Positions 60,375-64,000 of a DNA stretch of 64,000 bases are shown here, piece after piece. The notes under the pieces were generated by a model. That model was given only the letters and a program-made list of their open reading frames with translations, was not told where the DNA came from and did not search any database. The position numbers were made by a program, and so were the translations under genes. The DNA is from Nitrospinota bacterium. Its GTDB lineage: Bacteria > UBA8248. The stretch is taken from NCBI GenBank assembly GCA_036231405.1, contig JAZAHK010000002.1, positions 39,857-103,856 on the forward strand, written 5' to 3'. Within the stretch, counting starts at the first letter, position 1; the number at the start of each line of letters is the position of its first letter.

Positions 60375-61103
60375 TTAAACTTTAAAAAATAGATATACGA
60401 TTCGTCTAAGTAAAATATGAAACACTGCATTTCCAACAGACAAAATGTTCTTAATTGTAAAGGCTTTAGAAACTCCTTTTTCTCTATCTGAATTTTCTAC
60501 TTGAATTTCAATGTAAGTAGTTTTTTCATTTAAAAGATAACATATTAACTCTGCTTGGTAGGCAAATCCAATTGTCTCAGAACGAAAAGTTTTAACGTTT
60601 ACCGTTTTATGTAAAACTGGACCATTATAGTATTTAATTCTGTTTCCAGAAATTATGTTAACTAAAAAGGTAAATGAAACGCTAAGGAATCTTCTGAGTA
60701 ACACTCTTGAATCATTTTTGCCAAAGTAGGGAATGATCATGTCAGCATTTCCTTTTTGGGTAACAATGTCCCTTATAGTCTCATTTGTTTCTGCTGCATC
60801 TCCATTCACAAGCATGTAGTGTTTCCCAAGTGCTTTATGAGAAGCAAGAAAATAATTTCGTCCTAATCCTCTTGTCACTAGATTTTTTACGAGGTTGATT
60901 ATAACATTTTTATTCTTGTTCATCTCTTCCGTTATTTTATTGACGGTGTCATCTGAAGAATTGTCGTCTACGATTAAAATTTCATATTTCATGTTCATGT
61001 TCTTCATTACTTCAATAACACATTCAATTGTTTTTCCTATATTGTCTTCCTCATTAAGACAGGGGATGAAAAAACTTATTTCGATGTCCTTATCTGTTTT
61101 CAT
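60375..61103 (-). CDS. Glycosyltransferase family 2 (polyprenol-phosphate glycosyltransferase-like)
   Basis: FIPCLNEE, IVDDNSSD, GLG, VNGD, R..GVSK. Confidence 0.87.
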   Translation of the reverse strand: MKTDKDIEISFFIPCLNEEDNIGKTIECVIEVMKNMNMKYEILIVDDNSSDDTVNKITEEMNKNKNVIINLVKNLVTRGLGRNYFLASHKALGKHYMLVNGDAAETNETIRDIVTQKGNADMIIPYFGKNDSRVLLRRFLSVSFTFLVNIISGNRIKYYNGPVLHKTVNVKTFRSETIGFAYQAELICYLLNEKTTYIEIQVENSDREKGVSKAFTIKNILSVGNAVFHILLRRIVYLFFKV

Positions 61104-61107
61104 GCAT

Positions 61108-61596
61108 TTATCCTTCTAACGAAACCCCTACTAATCGTCCAAACATTTTAGTTATAGAAATTAATCTTCTGCCTTTTGGCTCGATGGTAACCATATCATC
61201 AGAAATTTTTATATATCCGTTTTTTTCCATTAAATCCATTCTATCTAGAAAACGTATTGATGACTCATAATCTTTTACAAGGGTCAGGAAATTTATTGAT
61301 TTTGATTTTGAAATTTTTTCAAGAAGAGTAAGTGAGACAGAACGTGACAAGCCTGCATATAAAAACAGGTAACAGATGATGAAAAAAATATCCATCCATA
61401 CAGTTGAAGCGATTGAAACTATATTTGTGTTAAAAAAGAATGAATGTACGATTACAGAACATACTATTCCTATGATTACCAAGAGAAAAAGTAGTGACAT
61501 ACGTGGGGTGTTTGAAGGTGAAATTCTCCACAATGTTATATGTATAAGTAGGAAAAGAAACATTCCTGAGAGTGATGATATCATGATCTCGTACAT
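61108..61596 (-). CDS. Membrane protein, 3 TM helices plus winged-helix-like C-terminus
   Basis: Three hydrophobic segments then SRSVSLTLL..RMDLMEKNGYI..TIEPKGRRL. Confidence 0.6.
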   Translation of the reverse strand: MYEIMISSLSGMFLFLLIHITLWRISPSNTPRMSLLFLLVIIGIVCSVIVHSFFFNTNIVSIASTVWMDIFFIICYLFLYAGLSRSVSLTLLEKISKSKSINFLTLVKDYESSIRFLDRMDLMEKNGYIKISDDMVTIEPKGRRLISITKMFGRLVGVSLEG

Positions 61597-62148
61597 TTAT
61601 TCTGCTCTTTCCAGTTTTAAAATTTCTCGGAATAGGGCACCTAAAAAATTCATTAATTTTCCGAAAATAGTAAGAGGTCCAACTGTAGGATGGGAGTAAT
61701 GTATCATTCCTAATTTTTTGATTGTATTTAATCTTTTATCGAGCAATCCGTTGAAGCCAAGTCCTCCTCCATATCCATCTTTTAGCGATTCTAATTTTAC
61801 CGGAGTATTCGATTCGTCTAAATCCTTCAAGATTCTCAATGACAGTCCCCTTGAAAGTAAAGACTTTATTTCTAAGTAGGTGAGGAACATCGCAAAAAAC
61901 AATAATGTGGTTGTGATTCTTAAATGATCTGGAAAACCTACTAAGGGATTAATGTTATTTGATAAGCATGGGGAAGATTTATAAATAAAGATGGAAAGTA
62001 TGATACAGAATAAAAATATAAAAATAGATTCTGTATAAAGTGGAAAAGAAAGTATTTTTTTTCTGGATAAAAATCGAAGAGTATTTGAAACTAGAATTAG
62101 AAATAATAAAGAAAAAAAGGATATGAAAAACGAAAATAAGATAGTCAT
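61597..62148 (-). CDS. Membrane protein, 3 TM helices plus winged-helix-like C-terminus (apparent paralog of neighbour)
   Basis: Hydrophobic segments then SRGLSLRIL..RLNTIKKLGMI..LTIFGKLM; start moved to ATG 62148 to avoid overlap (uncertain). Confidence 0.6.
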   Translation of the reverse strand: MTILFSFFISFFSLLFLILVSNTLRFLSRKKILSFPLYTESIFIFLFCIILSIFIYKSSPCLSNNINPLVGFPDHLRITTTLLFFAMFLTYLEIKSLLSRGLSLRILKDLDESNTPVKLESLKDGYGGGLGFNGLLDKRLNTIKKLGMIHYSHPTVGPLTIFGKLMNFLGALFREILKLERAE

Positions 62149-62170
62149 AAAATCGTAATACACGCTTCGC

Positions 62171-63214
62171 TCATTTTCCCATTTTGATGAGGGCCCTTCC
62201 AACTTTTCCTTTTTCCAAGTCGGAAAAACCTTCGTTAATATGTTCTAAGTCATACTCGTGAGTTATTAAATCACTTAGACCCATCTCTCCTGAGAAGAAT
62301 TTCTTGATATAGAATCTTATGTCTCTTTCTGGAGAAGTTTCTCCACCCCAGGTCCCAACAATGTTTTTCCCTTTTATAAGGTCAAAGGGATCGATAGATA
62401 TTTTTTCTCCGAATGGGAGATTCCCCGCAAGAATACAAAGCCCACCATTTATTCTTACAGCACTAAAAGCATCTTCCATTGTTTTTGGATTGCCGATCGC
62501 CTCGACAGAAAAATCTACTCCTTGATTATTCGTTATTTTTTGTATTTCCTCGATTACCTTTACTTTTTTTGCGTTTACAATGTTGGTAGCACCTATTTCT
62601 TTTGCTCTCTCTAATTTGTTTTGTTCTACGTCGATGCCAATGATCACTTTTGCCCCCATCATTTTCGAAGCAAGAACAACACTCATTCCAATTCCCCCCA
62701 GTCCAAAAATAGCAATACTATTGTTCGCTTTTAGACTTGCTGTATTTCTAACAATTCCAGCCCCAGTGGGTACTGCGCATCCTAACAGGGCGGCTTCTCG
62801 AAGTGGCATTTTTTTTGGAATTTTGATCAAACGATTTTCACTGACTACTGTTTTGTCCATAAAAGTGCTTATTGCACCCGAATTTATTTCCCCTATCGCA
62901 CTTCCATACTGCGTTGATTGAACATCCATTCCGGAAGCTTTAATCCAAGTGAGTACGACATGATCTCCTGGTTTTACTTTCTTTACCCCTTGCCCAATTT
63001 TAACCACTCTCCCAGAGCCTTCGTGTCCCAAAGTGTGTGGGAGAAAATGGTCTATGCCACGCTTTCCTCTAATCTCTAGAAGTTGAGTGTGACATAGTCC
63101 GCTATATGCAGTTTCGACGAGAACCTGCCCATTTTTAAGTGCAGGAACTTGCAAATTAAAAACTTTTAAAGGCTTTCCTGTATTTAAAAGTACAGCTGCC
63201 TTTGAGTGAACCAT
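62171..63214 (-). CDS. Zinc-dependent alcohol dehydrogenase (MDR family)
   Basis: GLCHT, GHEGSG, LGCAVPTG, GLGGIG; no structural-Zn four-Cys loop. Confidence 0.92.
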   Translation of the reverse strand: MVHSKAAVLLNTGKPLKVFNLQVPALKNGQVLVETAYSGLCHTQLLEIRGKRGIDHFLPHTLGHEGSGRVVKIGQGVKKVKPGDHVVLTWIKASGMDVQSTQYGSAIGEINSGAISTFMDKTVVSENRLIKIPKKMPLREAALLGCAVPTGAGIVRNTASLKANNSIAIFGLGGIGMSVVLASKMMGAKVIIGIDVEQNKLERAKEIGATNIVNAKKVKVIEEIQKITNNQGVDFSVEAIGNPKTMEDAFSAVRINGGLCILAGNLPFGEKISIDPFDLIKGKNIVGTWGGETSPERDIRFYIKKFFSGEMGLSDLITHEYDLEHINEGFSDLEKGKVGRALIKMGK

Positions 63215-63780
63215 TACATGATCCCATTTCTTAAGTAGAATAGATTAAATGTTAGTATCGAAATAATTGTTAAGCTATCCAGAATTTCCTTTGTCTTTAT
63301 CATTTCTAAGCAATCTACAATTTTGATCCAATTATATTTCTCCACCTCTGCAACATTAGGTTCAAATTCGTTGCTTATTTTAAAAGTGTCGGATTGGTAT
63401 ACATATGTTGGATTATGGAGAGAATCAAGTCCCTGTTCATAGTTTATAAGTAGTTCTGCGTTCTGCGCTAATAGTCCTGTTTCCTCAAGACATTCTCTTA
63501 TTGCCCCAGTTTCGGGTGATTCAGACTCTTCTACTCTGCCACCTGGGATTTCCCAAGAACTTCGATTGATTAGATGTCTAAATTGATTTACCAACAATAT
63601 AGAATTGTTTTTATGTAAAATCATTGCCGCACGTCTTCCGAAGTTTGTGACAAAGTACTCTTTTTCAATTCCCTTGATCTTCGCATTCACGCGAGAAAGT
63701 TTGAGGTATTGGTTTTGAAAAATTGATAGTTCAGATGAAATTTCTAGATTGTTTCGTTTATCTTGATCAATAGAAGACAA
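63214..63780 (-). CDS. NUDIX hydrolase (ADP-ribose/NDP-sugar pyrophosphatase-like)
   Basis: Nudix box PGGRVEESESPETGAIRECLEETGL, QFR; real start likely TTG 63780 after AGGAGG. Confidence 0.88.
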   Translation of the reverse strand: MSSIDQDKRNNLEISSELSIFQNQYLKLSRVNAKIKGIEKEYFVTNFGRRAAMILHKNNSILLVNQFRHLINRSSWEIPGGRVEESESPETGAIRECLEETGLLAQNAELLINYEQGLDSLHNPTYVYQSDTFKISNEFEPNVAEVEKYNWIKIVDCLEMIKTKEILDSLTIISILTFNLFYLRNGIM

Positions 63781-63793
63781 TGAACAATTCCTC

Positions 63794-64000
63794 CTATTCG
63801 GCAATAAACCAGTAATAATCACCGGTGTATCCCTCGGATTGAAACAACTGTTTCCAATCATCCACATGCATATAGGTTAGTGCTGTAAGATTCCAGCCAA
63901 GCATTCTTTTCTTTTCTTCGTTGTCTCTCCATGCATCAACTACAATAAAAGCGTGTTTTCTTGAGACTCTTTCTATTTCGCGGATAGATTCTTTGCAATC
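63794..64000 (-). CDS. C-terminal fragment of a probable class I SAM-dependent methyltransferase (5' part outside window; not in the ORF track)
   Basis: Manual translation DCKESIREIERVSRKHAFIVVDAWRDNEEKKRMLGWNLTALTYMHVDDWKQLFQSEGYTGDYYWFIAE-stop; EIERV is a typical methyltransferase motif. Confidence 0.65.
   Translation of the reverse strand, partial: DCKESIREIERVSRKHAFIVVDAWRDNEEKKRMLGWNLTALTYMHVDDWKQLFQSEGYTGDYYWFIAE

Larger units (their letters stand above)
41830..64000. other. Surface polysaccharide / O-antigen-type biosynthesis island (continues past window end)
   Basis: Contiguous run of about 21 genes, most of them GTs, Wzx, nucleotide-sugar modifying enzymes or hypotheticals; visibly more AT-rich than the housekeeping blocks. 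Confidence 0.85.

Noticed and set aside
63781-63867. First 29 codons of the NUDIX ORF as given in the track
   Set aside because: They overlap the 3' end of the upstream methyltransferase gene; AGGAGG precedes TTG 63780.

Overview
AT-rich, densely packed bacterial chromosome segment. Gene order and protein sequences look deltaproteobacterial/Nitrospinota-like, possibly a streamlined marine lineage (inference, not verified). I found no rRNA, tRNA, CRISPR array, IS element or prophage. 1-15.9 kb (+): housekeeping run TPR, LolB-like lipoprotein, ispE, prs, rplY, pth, Na+-type hppA, rpsF, ssb, rpsR, rplI, dnaB, alr, orphan mlaF, tgt, yajC, secD, secF. 15.9-33.9 kb (-): 15 co-oriented genes, mreBCD-mrdA-rodA-rng-topA-trmFO-xerC-hslVU-argBDFG. 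34-37 kb: ppiD-like chaperone, orphan AbrB-domain gene, thiD. 37.4-41.8 kb (+): the most interesting locus, a sulfur-carrier cysteine operon (cysK, CysO/MoaD-like carrier ending GG-Ile, second cysteine synthase, JAMM/Mec protease, Rrf2 lacking the IscR Cys ligands and ending VGI, oxidoreductase) behind an Rrf2-type palindrome overlapping the -35. Both the carrier precursor and the regulator end in a CysK-docking-type C-terminal Ile, suggesting a protease-gated regulatory circuit (hypothesis). 41.8-64 kb: surface-glycan island (Wzx, glycosyltransferases, AsnB amidotransferase, formyltransferase, oxidoreductases). It includes unusual fusions (degenerate PIN-DegT aminotransferase, nucleotidyltransferase-P-loop kinase, methyltransferase-like/APH-kinase-like protein) and tandem membrane-wHTH paralogs, and it runs off the window end.
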